A stretch of 64,000 nucleotides of DNA from Lingula anatina (GCA_051362555.1 CM120645.1:18414001-18478000); one strand, 5' to 3'; numbered from the stretch's first letter, positions 25,490 to 39,341 are shown. The notes: a model not told the origin generated them from the letters alone. Translations and numbers: made by a program.

Positions 25490-26397
25490 CCCCATAGGAT
25501 CCGGTTAATAATGCTGACCCATAAAGTTCTGCTGTGCTCAATTAATTCTGTGAGCTAGCCTTGAAAAGCCAGGTCACCTCAGTAAATTGGCCATAATTTA
25601 ATTGTTTGCCTTTATTACCCATACAAAGTATACATTTTTTAAAAGCCTATATTTCAAACTAAATGAAAATAGAATTACATTTAAATTCAACATGCAGTAT
25701 CAAGAGTTATGGCCATTAAAAACCACATTTTCATTTGGAAATTGGTGAAATAAAACAAAGTTGATTTATCTTATGCACTTTAATTTCTCCATACATTTGC
25801 CAGAAAAATCACAGAGATGATGTCAATTATAGTAACTTTCAATCCAAGAAATTTCAGCAAGTTACCTCCATTAATTTCCAAGTTATGCTCATTTTGCTAT
25901 CAGGTATACTTGAGCCAGCTTTTCAGCTCACCTGAACATCGTGGCCAGAGCTGAAAAGAAGTCAAATTTTAACACCATCTATGACAAAAACATCTATAAA
26001 ACTTATATCATAAATAAAGGAATATCATCGCTATTGTCTATATATCACTGTCACTCGAAAACACCTTATCAGTGTTGTAGTTTTCAATCATTTCAATAAC
26101 AGTATCCATTCACAGGCCCCTTCCGTAGTGAGAAGTCGCCATTTTGATTTTACTTTCTCCAGCTAAGTCTAGAAAATTGCCGATTTCTCACTCATATATA
26201 TTTCTATCACCTTTAAAAATGGTGGCAATGAGAGACAAGAAACATATCCGGATATTAAACTATATATCATTTCATGACTCACGATACAAAAGAGTACAGA
26301 AGCCGATCTTTCCAAGATACGCACATATGCGGTTCTGGGCTTTTGGGGTAAGCGATAATTGAACCGCACATATTATGCAGTGACGGGCTCTATGGGG
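25490..26397. mobile_element. Non-autonomous piggyBac-like element
   Basis: TTAA|CCCCATAG ... CTATGGGG|TTAA; no ORF. Confidence 0.75.
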
Positions 26398-26925
26398 TTA
26401 AGCTGGACATAGTATACAAATGAAATTGGTGTTAGTTGTGCTTCAAGGTATTATATAATATTTCATCAAAATTGCAAAATTGCTTTACTTTTGTGCACTT
26501 CATTATTTTCTGCTTTATGACTATACATTTGATAACCTTGGTGCCTCAATTGTTTTACAACATATTTAATGGAGTAAGTAGCCCTTCTCAACATAAGGCA
26601 TGAAAAGCATCAGACTAAGGGTCAAACTGGAAAATCATGGTATCTCACACAGGAAAAGATAATAAGTTTTAATATCTTCTTCACCAATGCTTTTGCTGTT
26701 TCTGTTAGAATGAAGGGAGTCTTTAGTCTCCAAGAGTTGTACAGCATTTATTTCAGAAATTCAAATGATCCGTTTTGTTACAGAACCAGGCGGTCATTTA
26801 AGGTGGGAGGCAAAGTAAGCCCTACTATTATTATCAAATATAAATGACAAAAAAATGAATAAAGTGCAGAAGAAAAATAAGCAAATAGTTGAGAAGTTCC
26901 AAGAGGGTAACTGAACTTGTACTGA

Positions 26926-26931
<6 letters not shown>

Positions 26932-26959
<28 letters not shown>
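26932..26959. repeat. (CT)n microsatellite
   Basis: Direct reading. Confidence 0.9.
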
Positions 26960-26961
<2 letters not shown>

Positions 26962-27269
26962 ACACTTAACATGGCAATTGTTGAGGAATGTTGTTTGAAC
27001 AAGGTAAAAGGATTGACATTTATATTGATGTAGAAAATTGGCATCATCTTAAATCAGAGGCAGCTCATTTCCATGTTCATTTAGGCCTTGAACTCCAGCA
27101 TTCTTTACATAATGGCATGTTCTTTACCTTCCCATGTGCCTTCAGGAACACCTGTTTGAAGCTGCTTGAGATTTTTTTCCAATTTGCCTTCACCTGTAAC
27201 AAATCAGGGGATAAAGAAGGGGGTGACAGTTTTCTGCTATGTTACTTTTTACTTGTAAAATACAAAATA

Positions 27270-27606
27270 TACTGACAGTCAATGAAAACGCATCATTTAT
27301 TATGTACAGACACAGATGTGTCTGTACATATTGCCATCACCTGCGTCTGTCGTCGCCGTCGCCGATGCCGATGGCAATGCCGTCGCCGTGCACTTTCCTT
27401 GTTTTATCTAATAATATCTTAAGCTCCTTTGGCACATTATGAAAATAACAGTTTGCGTGTGAAATATGACCCATTATTCAGTCACACAAGGTAAAATAAA
27501 GGTCAGAAAAGATCACTAAAATGCAAGGTCACATAATCAAAGAAGATCGTTCAAAGTAGTCCAAGTGCCAGAAAGTTATCTGATGCGTTTTCATTGACTG
27601 TCAGTA
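27270..27606. mobile_element. Tc1/mariner-like MITE carrying a HINE 5' fragment
   Basis: Perfect 29-nt inverted repeat (27267-27295 / 27581-27609) including TA flanks; HINE head at about 27297-27395. Confidence 0.7.
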
Positions 27607-30600
27607 TATATCGTGAAGAAACTTATCCTTGTATACTCTGACACTTAAGGGCATGCATGCATGCATATGCATACACGCACACTTTGAGAAGAGGCATGCA
27701 GGGTTGCTGTTGATATTGTTCACATTGTCCACAATTAATATTGAAGAATACCTCCTTCCCCTACATGTAAAAGTTTAACTTTTCCTTGTGTTCACTATAT
27801 ATCTTTTAGGTGGATGGCACACATGTTTAAGTGCATTGTTTAGTAGTTATTCTCTCTGTATATATGTGACAGTAATAATTCGTTCAGAGTAACAAACGAT
27901 TGCATCTGTCTCAGTACAAGTGAAAATCAAAATGCCTAATAACTAATCACTCATACGAGACGTAGGGATCGAAAAAAGTAGTTGTTGATCAAAACAATTC
28001 TGAAGATGCGATTTTTGTGAAATGACTTATTTAGTGATGTGCATGTGTCTAGCTTGTTTAAGTTGTTGAATTTTTAATTTATAAAATATTTCATACATGG
28101 TCTCATATTTATATTACTCTCAAGCTATGCTCTTCGGTGTCATTGTGTTACATGGGACTATTGGAACCTGAAGTTAGTTTGCTATGGAGTCATGTTATCC
28201 TTCATGCAGTTTTATAGCTAGGATGAACACTGTGAATAAGAAATGGGCTTTAATAAGCTTTACTTAATTTATGACAGTTTAAACAAAACCGGTCTACAAA
28301 GCCTTGCTTTGAATTAATGTTAACCTCAGATTGGTTTTAAAAGAACAAGTACAAAAATGTTGGATGGACTTAATCACCAGCATCATTTACATTTTACCTA
28401 AATGCTGTCGTTAACGCAGTTTCATGAATAATATTTTTTAAGTTGTCTGTCGTTCAGCACACGTAGTAGATGAAGTTGTGAAACATTGATGAAGATCAAT
28501 CCAAGCACAATCTAGCCTATTATTATTTACAAAATAAATCATGATGAGTAAATATTCATCACACGTTTCTGCTTGTGTCACTTGAAAGCTTTTGATCAAT
28601 GACGTTCACTGACATCACAATCATTTGACAATTAAAAAGAAATTGGACAGGTTCAAGGGACAGTTTTTATGTCAGCTAGGGGGACTTCTGGTAGAGGGTA
28701 CAGCATAGGTGTTTCCTCACTCGAGATTAACACCTTGACAGAAGCATCACGACGTCCCAGATATAAGCAAGTAGAATAAAAGCTTTTTTGTCCAAGCATC
28801 CTATTCCTAACCACTCAGTTAGGACAAAGGTGAAGTTACATGTACAACTACAATTAATAGAACAGCTGCATTCCTTTAAAAAAAAAAAAAAAAGAGAAAC
28901 CGTAGACAAAACAAAGAAGAATAAAAAACACAATCATTGAGAAGTTTATCTCCATGTGTGTGAAATTAAAAAAAGACATCTGGCTGCATCTTTAGACAAG
29001 GGCGTTAGGACATAGCTGCCAATCAAAATGGCAGCACATTGTCTAATGCGTGAACATATAAAATGTTACAAAAATGCAATTTATCTGCCATGTCAAATAC
29101 CCACATGAAATATTAGAGAGATCAAAAAAGGTATTTTTCTGCTCAAATTGGAGCTATCGTGACACTTGATCTTTGTTTTTAATTGGTCTTTTGAGAAGTG
29201 TTTTATTTTGTTTAGTATTAAATAATAACAGGGATGCTGTGCCTGTGATTTTAACAATTTTGCTAACACCTGCCTGAATAAATTCAACCTAACATGACAG
29301 TAAATGCACCTGATATGCTAAGTGCTTGTGTGATTTTGCCTTACTCTCATGAAGTTATTTTTTGCCTTTGTATTGTTATCATGTCTGTTAGAAATTTTGA
29401 TTTAGGAATGAAAATCAAGTTAACATTAAGGATAAAAAATTGTGTATCTTGGCACCAGCAATAAGACTAGTCTAGCACCTTTTCACTTATTCTGTTTGTT
29501 TTTGCAAGCCTTGTTTTATTTTTCAGCCAAAGGACGTATTATAAGAAAATTCTCAAACATTTGGTTATAGTTTTAGATGAAGTGAGTGTGTGATGGTTTC
29601 CTCATGTGTTCAGTAATCATTACAGAGTACCAGGTGATGTGAGATGTGAGTCAACTTCTTCCACCTGTGTAGGCTGGGTCAGAGGACCCCACCACAACCA
29701 CGAAATGCCATGCCAAATGTAAACTAGTTTCTTGACTTAATAAATTAAGTATATAAGTTAAGTGTTTATTCCAAAACAATATCTTATTAACTTTACAAAT
29801 GATGATGTAAAAGTTCAGAGGGGTTGTCTGGTTTTTTAGGCATGCCTTGATTACATGCTCACTATATTAAAATAAGTGTGAATTTGGAATTTGTGAATAA
29901 TTGCTCTATATCTTATTCTATCGCTTTAGCCTGTGAAAAACCAAGTTTTGTACTTCAAAGATTGAAAGAGAGTTTTAATTCTGATTAAATTATTGAAACA
30001 CCAACATGAAATGCAGCACAGCCATGTTTGGTTTGCTTAATTGGGTAATGGTTTGGTTTTTTTCTGTTGATGAATCACAAAAACTGTCAGGTAAAGCCAG
30101 GTGGCCATAACCTAGGCCCACATGCTGTGATGTCATAAGTATAAGGGCTTACCACATAATTTTCTTTAATTTGATGTGATGAAAACTTGTGCCAGAGAAA
30201 AGAATCTAGAGACTTTAAAGATAGAATATAAATGATGGGAAAGCTTTATATAATTTTTGAACTATATGTTTTACTATTTTGGGATAAATGTTTGTAGAAG
30301 TAGTTAAATTAGTTTTTTAAAGGTCAGGCAGCCAACATTTTCTAAACCATTTCTAAAAAAAAAAAAAAAAGAAAAACTTTTACATCAACCATATCAAGCC
30401 ATCAATCAAAGCCCCAACATATTTGAGTTTTTATTCATAAAGAGTTCATAAGGTTTGCTTGTATGAAGCTTGTTTGCAACTTCATGTAGAAATATGTCTG
30501 TTCTTCAGATTATTTTGCCTCACTAATGCAGATAGATGATTTAACTATTTGCATAAAGTTTCTGGAGTCCTCTGCTGGATAGCTTTATTCACAGCTTTAA

Positions 30601-31869
30601 AAAGTATTTCATTTTGTCTTTCTTCAGCATGATTTTTAAGTACAGTTTTGCTTGTTTCAAAAATAAAGAGATTTTTACCTAATTGTGCTGATGATGGCTT
30701 GTTGGATGTTTGATGTACTTTTAAGGTTCTTGGGGAAACATTTGAAGTTTGGCTAAAAGTCTTAGCCTACCATGAAGCAGAGTAAATCTTTACATGCTCT
30801 CTGAAACTAATCAACAAAATACACTTAATATTCACCTCAAACTGGAAAACAAGCTTGATTAGATCTTTTTTTTTCTGGAATTGTGGCAATTTTTTTGTGA
30901 AATTTTTCATTTTCTCTTTCTAGTATTGTCAATGTTTGAATTTGAGCTCTTTTGGGCCTGAAGCCTTATGCTAGTTACATATTTCTGATATCTGTATTAT
31001 CTGTTGTGCATGATAAAATTTAGGTGATTTTACTGTTAAGCACAATGTATTATTGCATCAAAATTGACAAAATAACTTAGTTTGTGTATCACTTTGCTGC
31101 TTTGTTTTTCTTAATTCATTATAAACTGTGTCCATGATGGCTATCAGTGTTGCCACTATTTCTGGGAGCTTGTCAAACATTAGTGCCAGGCCTAGAAAAT
31201 GAGAGAGGTTCTTGAAATCTTAATGATGCTGAAAAATCTGCAATTGGGAGACATTTTTAAGTGGCACTCCTGTTATTCCATGGCTGATTAGACTGGTGGA
31301 AGGCATGCTGCATGTGTCTGCCAATCATCCCATCAACATTCTGTGTATTGGGCTTGGATTTTAATTCCATTTATAACATTTTGGAGACAATGGATACTTT
31401 GTTTTTGTACTGTATGTTTCAAAATAAAAAATATGACTACATTCATAATCTCGACAAAATTGGAAAATAGTATACCTGAAGACAACAGGATATATTATTC
31501 TCTGAGTGACTTGTACTTTGTAGTATATTTTCACTGTCTACTTGTTACAACAACTCTCCATGCTCTATCTAAAAACTTTGATTCAGGTTCTTCCTTTGCA
31601 TAAAAGACAGGTTTACTTCTGGTTTAGCTATGATGCAATCCTAAACTTCTTCCAGTATTTATCAATCCAATTAAAATAAATTTTTAGAGATAAAATGACC
31701 AATGAAGGAAAGCAACACTGGCACACTGAACACTGTTGTTTTTATTACTCTTTATTGTAGCCATGCTGAAAGACCCAGCTGGTATTCAAAGGACAAATCA
31801 CACTGACAATTTCAACCGCAGTAAAGGTCTGATCACTGTCCTATCAGGGCTAACTTTTCTAATGAGAAT

Positions 31870-34245
31870 GGACTCTGTATCCCTTATGGCTATATATCCA
31901 AATAAACTATCAGAAATCAGTGGAAAACTTTTTTACCTTTTGGCTTTAAACTTACAGAACTGATGAATATTCATAAAACACAGGTCAAGTTTGTAAATCA
32001 ACATGATTGAGCCATTCTTTCAAAAGTTGTGCTGTTTTTTTAGCTTTTTTAAGCATGTATGCAATACTGATAACACAATAAGTGGTAAACCATTTTACCT
32101 TTTGGCTTGAAACTTGCAGAACTGTTGAATATTCAAAGTACGCAGATCAAGTTTGAAAATCAGCATGATGGGGCCATTTTTTCAAAAGTTATTATTTTTT
32201 TTTTTCAGTATACATGCAACACTGATAACACATTTCAAGGAAAACCGGTAGGCATATTGTCTTGAAACCTACAGGAGTGATCAATCTTACTACAATACTG
32301 GGAAAGTTCGATAATCAGCTTGATTGGGCCATTTTTACTCTTTTTATGTATTTTTACTCTTTTTATGTACATACATATAGCGTCTGTCGTCATTGTCGTC
32401 GCTGTGCACTTTCACCGATAACACGATAAGTGAAAAAACGTTTTACCTTTTGGCTTGAAACTTACGGAACTGATAAATATTCATAATACGCAGGTCAAGA
32501 AAATCAGCATGATCAGGCCATATTTATGGAAGTTATACGATTTTTTCAGTATATATGCAACATTGATAACACATTTCAAGGAAAACCCATCAGCCTATTG
32601 TCTTGCAACTCACAGGAGTGATTAATCTTACTAATATACAGATCAAGTTCGATATTAAGCTTGCTCTGTCAAGTTTTGAAGTTATGCCTTTTTATATATA
32701 TAAGTGATTTTCCTTAGATTTTATTCTTAGGCATGTTAACAGTCTCATTATTGAACTAATTAGACATGTAAAAGTGTTTTTTGACATTTTCTACATCTTA
32801 ACAATATTGTTATTTGTTAATATAAAAATTACAGTAAACCTGTTGTGTATTGTGTAATAAAATATCAAAAATGAAAATAAACTCATATCATTGCATCTTC
32901 TCAGATTCAATCATTCACTATGTTCAGAATTTCAGAATGGAGCAAATTGGACATTTATAATTGTTAGTTTGATATTTTCCCTATGTCAGCAATTTTTTTA
33001 GTTGATCATATAAAATGAGAGTAAATTGATTATTTTGTTTAATGTAAAAAAGATGATGAAAATGGAAAGAAACTCATTTCAGTACAGATATTTCTTGTTT
33101 ACAGTTTGGCATTTCCATGGTAAGACTGAATTTCTATGGGCTTGAAGACTTTTGCTAGTCACATTTTCTGAATATACATGATACATTTATTTTATTAATG
33201 AAAATTGATGGTCATTATGCTGATAAGCATTATGTCATGTTGCTTCAAAATTGAAGAAAACCTTATTTTGGACACTGCTGCCAGGATGACCATTAAGGGA
33301 AAACCATGTTACTTATGATTCTTAAACTTACTGAAAAGATTCATAGGACTGAAGTGCAGCTTGTGTTGGAAGATCAGAATGATTGCTTTCTGTTTTGGAA
33401 GTAATGCAGTTCTTTATGAAATTTTCATTTCTTACATAGTCCTTGGTATTATATGGATACAATGAATGATCATTCTTTAATTTCCCCTTGGGTAATCACT
33501 AGCTAAGTTCAGAGCTATTAAGTCACTTCTTAATTAAGTTTCAAGAGGCCATTAAATGAGATTACACATGTGTTGAGATTTCCCTGTAAACTCCCATAGG
33601 TTTAGCTCTCTGCTAGATACAGTTTGTTAAAGTCTAAATTAACAGTGTCAGAAAATTAGGAATCGGTGATAATTATGCAGGTAAAAATATTGCAAGTAAG
33701 TTACAAAAGAAAATTATTTTGTGTAATGCCAACATAAATGCTATAGATGAATAGCGGTGCTTTATTATCCTCAAACTCAGTGGGGTTATTCATATCATGT
33801 TACTACACCTAGATTTAAAGATTGAATAGCAGCTTTATTAGAATATTTTTTGTTATGTTTTCTTTTTTAATTTTTATATTTTTCAAACACTGGCATTTTC
33901 AAGATGTGACTTTTTACTCCCATCCACCTGAAGCCCTGTACATTTTCTGTATTTCTACATAAGCAATCATATTGATGTTTATGTCTTTAAATTTTTATGT
34001 AATATTATTTTATGCACTGTCGTAATTTTTCACATTTGGAGATTTTCATTATGTGAATTTGAACTTTCATGGTCCTGAAACTGTAATCTTATTACCTGTT
34101 GTGCATGATTAAAATTCACTGTTGATTGACTGTGCTGTTATTCCATAAGTATTTATTATTGCATCAAACTTAACAAAATTACTTATTTTCTGCATCTTTA
34201 TTTTCTGCTTTTAGTCTGTACATTTGACAGCTTTGCTGCCTTGTT
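31870..34245 (+). mobile_element. Diverged copy or tandem copies of the same HINE-like family
   Basis: Same 160-bp-class units (GAAACTTACAGAACTGATGAATATTCATAA); degenerate head at about 32341-32410; intact 3' end at 34214-34245. Confidence 0.75.
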
Positions 34246-35906
34246 TTATTGAAATGTTTCTTGACGTGAGTATGTAATGATGGCTCTTAACACAACATAT
34301 CCATACTCTGATCAAGGGAGATACAACAGCATCATGTAAGACTTCATTGAAAGTTTTTTGAAGTGATGGGCTTATGTATACAGTATGTGCTTGCATCATG
34401 TCATTTTTGCATTTTACAATATAAGTGTATACAATGTTACAGATTAAATTAATTCTTTTGTACAGCATAACACTCACTGCTACCTTAACTCCTGCCATGA
34501 TGATCATATTATTTTATAATGAGAACAAAGGTATGCATGCTAAACAGTAAGAACGATTGGTGAAAGGTTATCGCAGCATTTATCAGTGTAAACTGCAAAG
34601 AAAGTGGATTTATTTGACGGCACTTGTATGTGGGTTAACTGAACAGCAGTTTATTTGGTAGTGTGAATCCCCCTTATAACTCCATTGGAATTTGCATATA
34701 TCTTTGTTGTTGTTGTTGTTGTTGTTGTTACAACTATTTGGCAAGGTTATGCTAGCAATGGATTGTAATGATCACTAAAGTATGTTATGAGACTGCATTT
34801 ATTTTACTTTTTATAACATTTCCACATTCTTGTTTTCTGTAGTACACTTTCCCCTTACCATTTCCTAATTGGAATGTTTAACTTAGCACCTGTTCCTTTC
34901 CAAATGATAAGAAGGCTCAATCTCCTTCAGTTCAACTGGATCTCCTATTTGCTCTCATCATTAAGAGATTTCCATAGAATAGGCATGGGTGTGTTACATC
35001 ATGTAACTGCAGTACTAAAGCTTGAATGTGTTACTTGAGAGAAGTTTTCCATTCTAAAGTCCTGTGCCTGGTGTGACAACCTCACCTACTGCATTCTTAG
35101 CTCTGCTTACAAGTTGTATGGATGATTGTCTTTTTTTCTTAGAATAAATGAAAATTTGTCTATGTATGTTGAGGTCATACAAATTCTGCTTTTTACCACC
35201 CAACACTAGTTCCTTGGGAATGGCCTGACTCAATCCACAATTCAGGACAAATGATCTTACTCTTCATTTTTGGAATGACTTCCACTGAAGTAATTAAGTA
35301 ATACCCCTTCCTCACTCATTTAAGCTGTGACTATTCAAGAGAATTCATGAAACATCCTGTATGTAGAAAGTAGGAGTATCCACTCCCAGGGACAGATCTA
35401 TCCCAAGTTGCCCTAGGATTCCAAAAAAGCATTACACATATATCTGTGATGATATGTGTATCAATAGTCAAAGTTTCAATTGCAAGTTTCTCACCCTCAT
35501 AATCAAAGGGTATATAATGGAAATTAAGTAAATAAATATTTAAAAAACAAGAAAGTTTCAGTATTATTATGATTTTATTCAGAGACATATACACATATGG
35601 TTATTGGGCAATATTTTGCATTTACATTTCAATTTACATCATGAATCAAATTAAATAATGTTTAAAAAATTATCTACACCCTCCAATAAATATTTGTATT
35701 CGTCTTACAATTGACCTATGGTGCATAAGTATCTAGTATGTACATATAATTAATTTTTTTAATTAACTTTATTAAAGGTGCTTGAATTTCACAACAAGTT
35801 AAAGGAATATTTGGAAGTAAATCCTACAACTAGTGCTTTCTGTCAGTTCAATTTGATACTCTCTTTCAAGGTTAAGTACTTATAACACCAGAGAAGTTAT
35901 GCTTTA

Positions 35907-36240
35907 GGCACTGTTCACATGAAATATCTAAATTCTAAAAATCCAAAAATCCATTGGCAGTATCTAGTGATCACGGTCTGTGCCCTGAATACCCCGCTGC
36001 GTAATTAACTAGCAGTGCGAGCGTGTCACTTCGAAAGCCGTAATTAATTCTCAGGTGCGCTCGGAGGAGATTCTGGCACCTTGACCCATGCGCAGTAATA
36101 AATTAAAAAGAGAAAACGGCGGTTGCGGTTGCTTTGAAAAATGTGTTTGTCGATTTTGTGCAACAACAAGTCGAAGAAGATGAGGTCTATATACACACGA
36201 TATGAGAGCAACTGTCATGATCCGATGGTAATAGAGATAC
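35907..36240 (+). mobile_element. Harbinger-like element left end, related to 713-860
   Basis: TTA|GGCACTGTTCACATG; shared GGTCTGTGCCCTGAATACCCC and GTAATTAATTCTC; CpG-rich continuation. Confidence 0.55.
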
Positions 36241-36801
36241 TACTGCAATATAATTCTATCATGGCACGTGAAGTAATATCTCCTTTTTAAGATCAATCAG
36301 TCATTCAGAATTGGCTAATTAAATATTTTACTCATAGTTCTAATAAATACGGGCATATAAATAATATAGCTATAGACATTACATGCCTTCTTTTAAATAA
36401 TCACCATAAATAGAAGTTATTCAGTGCCTTGTTGAGTTCTATTATACATGTACTGTACACTATTTTATTCCACTGTAAACCAAGTAAAAAAAATTGTTTT
36501 CTGAAACTACTGACAAAGATTAAATAAGACATAATGCCCTTTGTTTGCTCTATATCCCCAGTCAGGACAGTGTAGGCTACATGTTTGGCTGAAGTAATGT
36601 CTCTTTTTAAGACAAAATCAATCAACAAAATCTTCATCCTTCTTATGCAAGATTCATTGTTTTGATTTTTGTGTAATTGGGAATATGATGATATAGAACA
36701 AACTAGATAACAAATAAGTAAAAGGTGAAATTATGTAAATTGTTCAAATTCTATTAACCAAATTTCAAAATCAGAATTAATTTTCATACATTATTTATAA
36801 C

Positions 36802-37723
36802 CTAACACAGTGACTGATAGAATGACCACTGTACCCTCCTCACTGGACATGCTGTGTTGGGGACAAAAGTACTAATCGACTGACCCTCTACTGCAGCTGG
36901 CATTTTACATGTTCCCATGAAAGTAAATAGTTGCTCCTCGCGCCAGAATTTAATGTTACAATCACAATTGATAGGATTATTATTCAGTTTGATCTGCACT
37001 CCTTCAGGCAGCCCTTTCAAGTCACAAAGACGTAATCTGTCAATTGCATTCCCTGTTAGATCTATGTACTTGACACTTTCTAGGCCTATGAAGGCATCTG
37101 CTTCTACCTTATCTATTTGATTATTACTAAGATTAAGTACTTTCACGTTCTGCAAGTCCTGGAATACAAGAGGTGGTATTGTTGTAAGTTCATTACTGCT
37201 TAGGTCCAAGCTTTCCAGCCTGGTCAGACCCCTGAAGGTCTCAGCCCCAATCTGTGACAACTTATTCCCAGTGAGGTCCAAGTCACGAAGCTGTGACAGT
37301 GTTGAAAATGTCTTATCTTCTAGTGCAGTGAGTGCATTCTTTTTAAGAGATAGAGTCTTTAGATTTGGTAAAGGATAGAATAGCTTGCCTGAGAGAGATG
37401 TGAGGTGATTGTTCTCGCTGATGGAAAGCTGCTTCAGGTTGTTGAGCTGCCGCAGCAAACGGGTCGGAACTGCAGTAATGTAGAGATCTTGTAGAAAAAG
37501 ACGCTCCAAGTATGGGGCAAGAGGATCAAAGGTTTTCACATTGATGCGGTTCCCAAGTCTTGTGTATAGAAGGTACACCTCACGAGCCTTGAGATTTTCA
37601 AATGTTCTTGCTGATAGAGAGTTGATGTGGACATCAAAAGCTCCAAATTCCTGGAGGATGATGTTGGGGAAAGAAGGAAGTTCAGTGGTATCTTTACCAC
37701 AAATAACTGCCATGCCTGTCTCC
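36802..37723 (-). CDS. Second secreted LRR-only protein, coding exon 2 (LRRs, LRRCT, terminal Cys); nested antisense in GPKOW intron
   Basis: ORF 37713-36802 has canonical LRRs and an NPINCDC LRRCT; minus-strand acceptor tttttcctcag ends at 37724, adding 10 nt (phase 2) upstream of the ORF-track ATG. Confidence 0.92.
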
Positions 37724-38329
37724 CTGAGGAAAAATGGAAAATAAAAAGAGTTTAAAAATTATTAGTTAACTTAAAATGTAGAGTGGTAGGGCGGAGAGAG
37801 AGAAATGGACACTTTTTCAATTTTAATGTAAGACAAAGATTTGTAAAGCCACATATGAAGCAAGTATAATGTATTTAAGTCACTAAAGGTATCTCCCACA
37901 ACTCATATAAAACACATCAAAAGATAAACCAAAGTAATTACTAGATCAGCCAATAAGTTTTAAAACCGCATCCTCTGAACATTTTTGATTATAAAATTGG
38001 CCTACTTATAAATCCATCCCTCTAGTTCATTAAAGTTTGCCAAATGATGTAGTAATGTGTGATGCATTACTGTTGTGCACAATAGCATAATCATTCAAAT
38101 GACATTTGGTGAAAACGAAAGAGGGATTTATACATGTATAGCCCAGAAAGAAAACAGAAAATATATCTTCAAATGTCTTTTTTTTTTTGGGGGGGGGGGG
38201 GAATAGGAAGTGAATGATACCTTTTGATATATCTTGAAGTTATGTAATATGAAACTAAACTGTGGCATTTGGTCTGGTTTAGTGGCAAAAATTTGACGTC
38301 ACTAACTTCTAATGCATTTTTAAAGTTAA

Positions 38330-38620
38330 AGAGAAACAACTGTCAAATGAGATTCATATTTCACAATAAGTACATTGTAAACAACTCGGAAAATATAATA
38401 AATTTCATTTCACCACCAAAATAGCCTTTATCGCAATTATTCTGGTATCTGTGCTTGCCATCAGATCACATGGATTTCTATATATGGCTATACCTCCTAA
38501 ATAATATTTTAAAAGATTGTTACCAAAAAAAAAAAAAAAAAAACTTTTTTTATGAGAAAACATGAACTAACTTTAAATGTTGGAATGGATTCAATAACCA
38601 TTGGTTAACAGCTTTATCCT
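38330..38620. mobile_element. Degenerate Kolobok-like MITE in the intron of the second LRR gene
   Basis: TTTCACAATAA.TACATT.TAAACAACTCG and GGATTCA.TAACCATT shared with 59221-59781. Confidence 0.55.
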
Positions 38621-38989
38621 TATAACTTAATTTATAAATGAGAATTCCTATAACATAATTTATAAATGAGAATTATTTACTTTCTTGTTTTTTTTTCATG
38701 TATGTTTATTAAACTTCAACACATCAATGAGAGTGTATCTACAGTTTATGCCCTAATGATATTATTTATTTTTAAAACTAAATAAAATGTTTTTATTGCT
38801 GATGCAAAAGTAAAAATTCATGATTTTTAAAATAATGGATAGATGTAGAAAGAAATAATAAAAGAGACTAAATTGCCAATTAGGCAAGAAGAGCATTAAT
38901 GCTTATTCAAATTTTAATAAAAAGTGGAATGAAATACCAAACACAGACATGGGATAAAAGGGAGAGTGCAACCCCCTAAAACTACTTAC

Positions 38990-39114
38990 TTGGGCGTACA
39001 TGTGCAAGGTGTAGGACACCTGAAGTAGTCTTTGGGAAGCTCTCGCACTGCACATCTGGATATCACCACCAGCTGTAGCATAGTCACACAGTATAGCAAG
39101 GAGCCCATGGTCAT
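38990..39114 (-). CDS. Second LRR gene, coding exon 1 (MTMGSLLYCVTMLQLVVISRCAVRELPKDYFRCPTPCTCTP); full protein about 348 aa
   Basis: 125 nt = 41 codons + AA, then GTAAGT donor; AA+G gives Lys in frame with exon 2 and completes the LRRNT CPTPCTCTPKETGMAVIC; signal-peptide-like start; alternative ATG at 39108. Confidence 0.85.
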
Positions 39115-39341
39115 TGTCTTCAAGACTGTGAGAAAAAATCACTTGTAGAGTATTATGGAAGTTTGAAAATGCTTGCTGCAACTTGGCCGGGTAGTCCTTC
39201 ACTACAACAAGTAGCTTTGCTGTCTGACAGTACTGTGTTTCACCTGCTGAATTCTTCAAAAGTTTCTGTGTTAGTCAAGTATTCCCACTTAATCAATTAA
39301 TCTTTGCAAGCTTTTTCTGATACTATTGTTGGTTGTCCGGC

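Noticed and set aside
22000-36000. VLR-like array of LRR donor cassettes for somatic assembly
   Set aside because: I found no additional LRR-coding fragments by eye and both genes are complete; a TBLASTN search would be needed to exclude highly decayed pieces
38903-39259. 118-aa minus-strand ORF as a gene
   Set aside because: The credible exon here is in a different frame (39114-38990) that splices to the LRR exon
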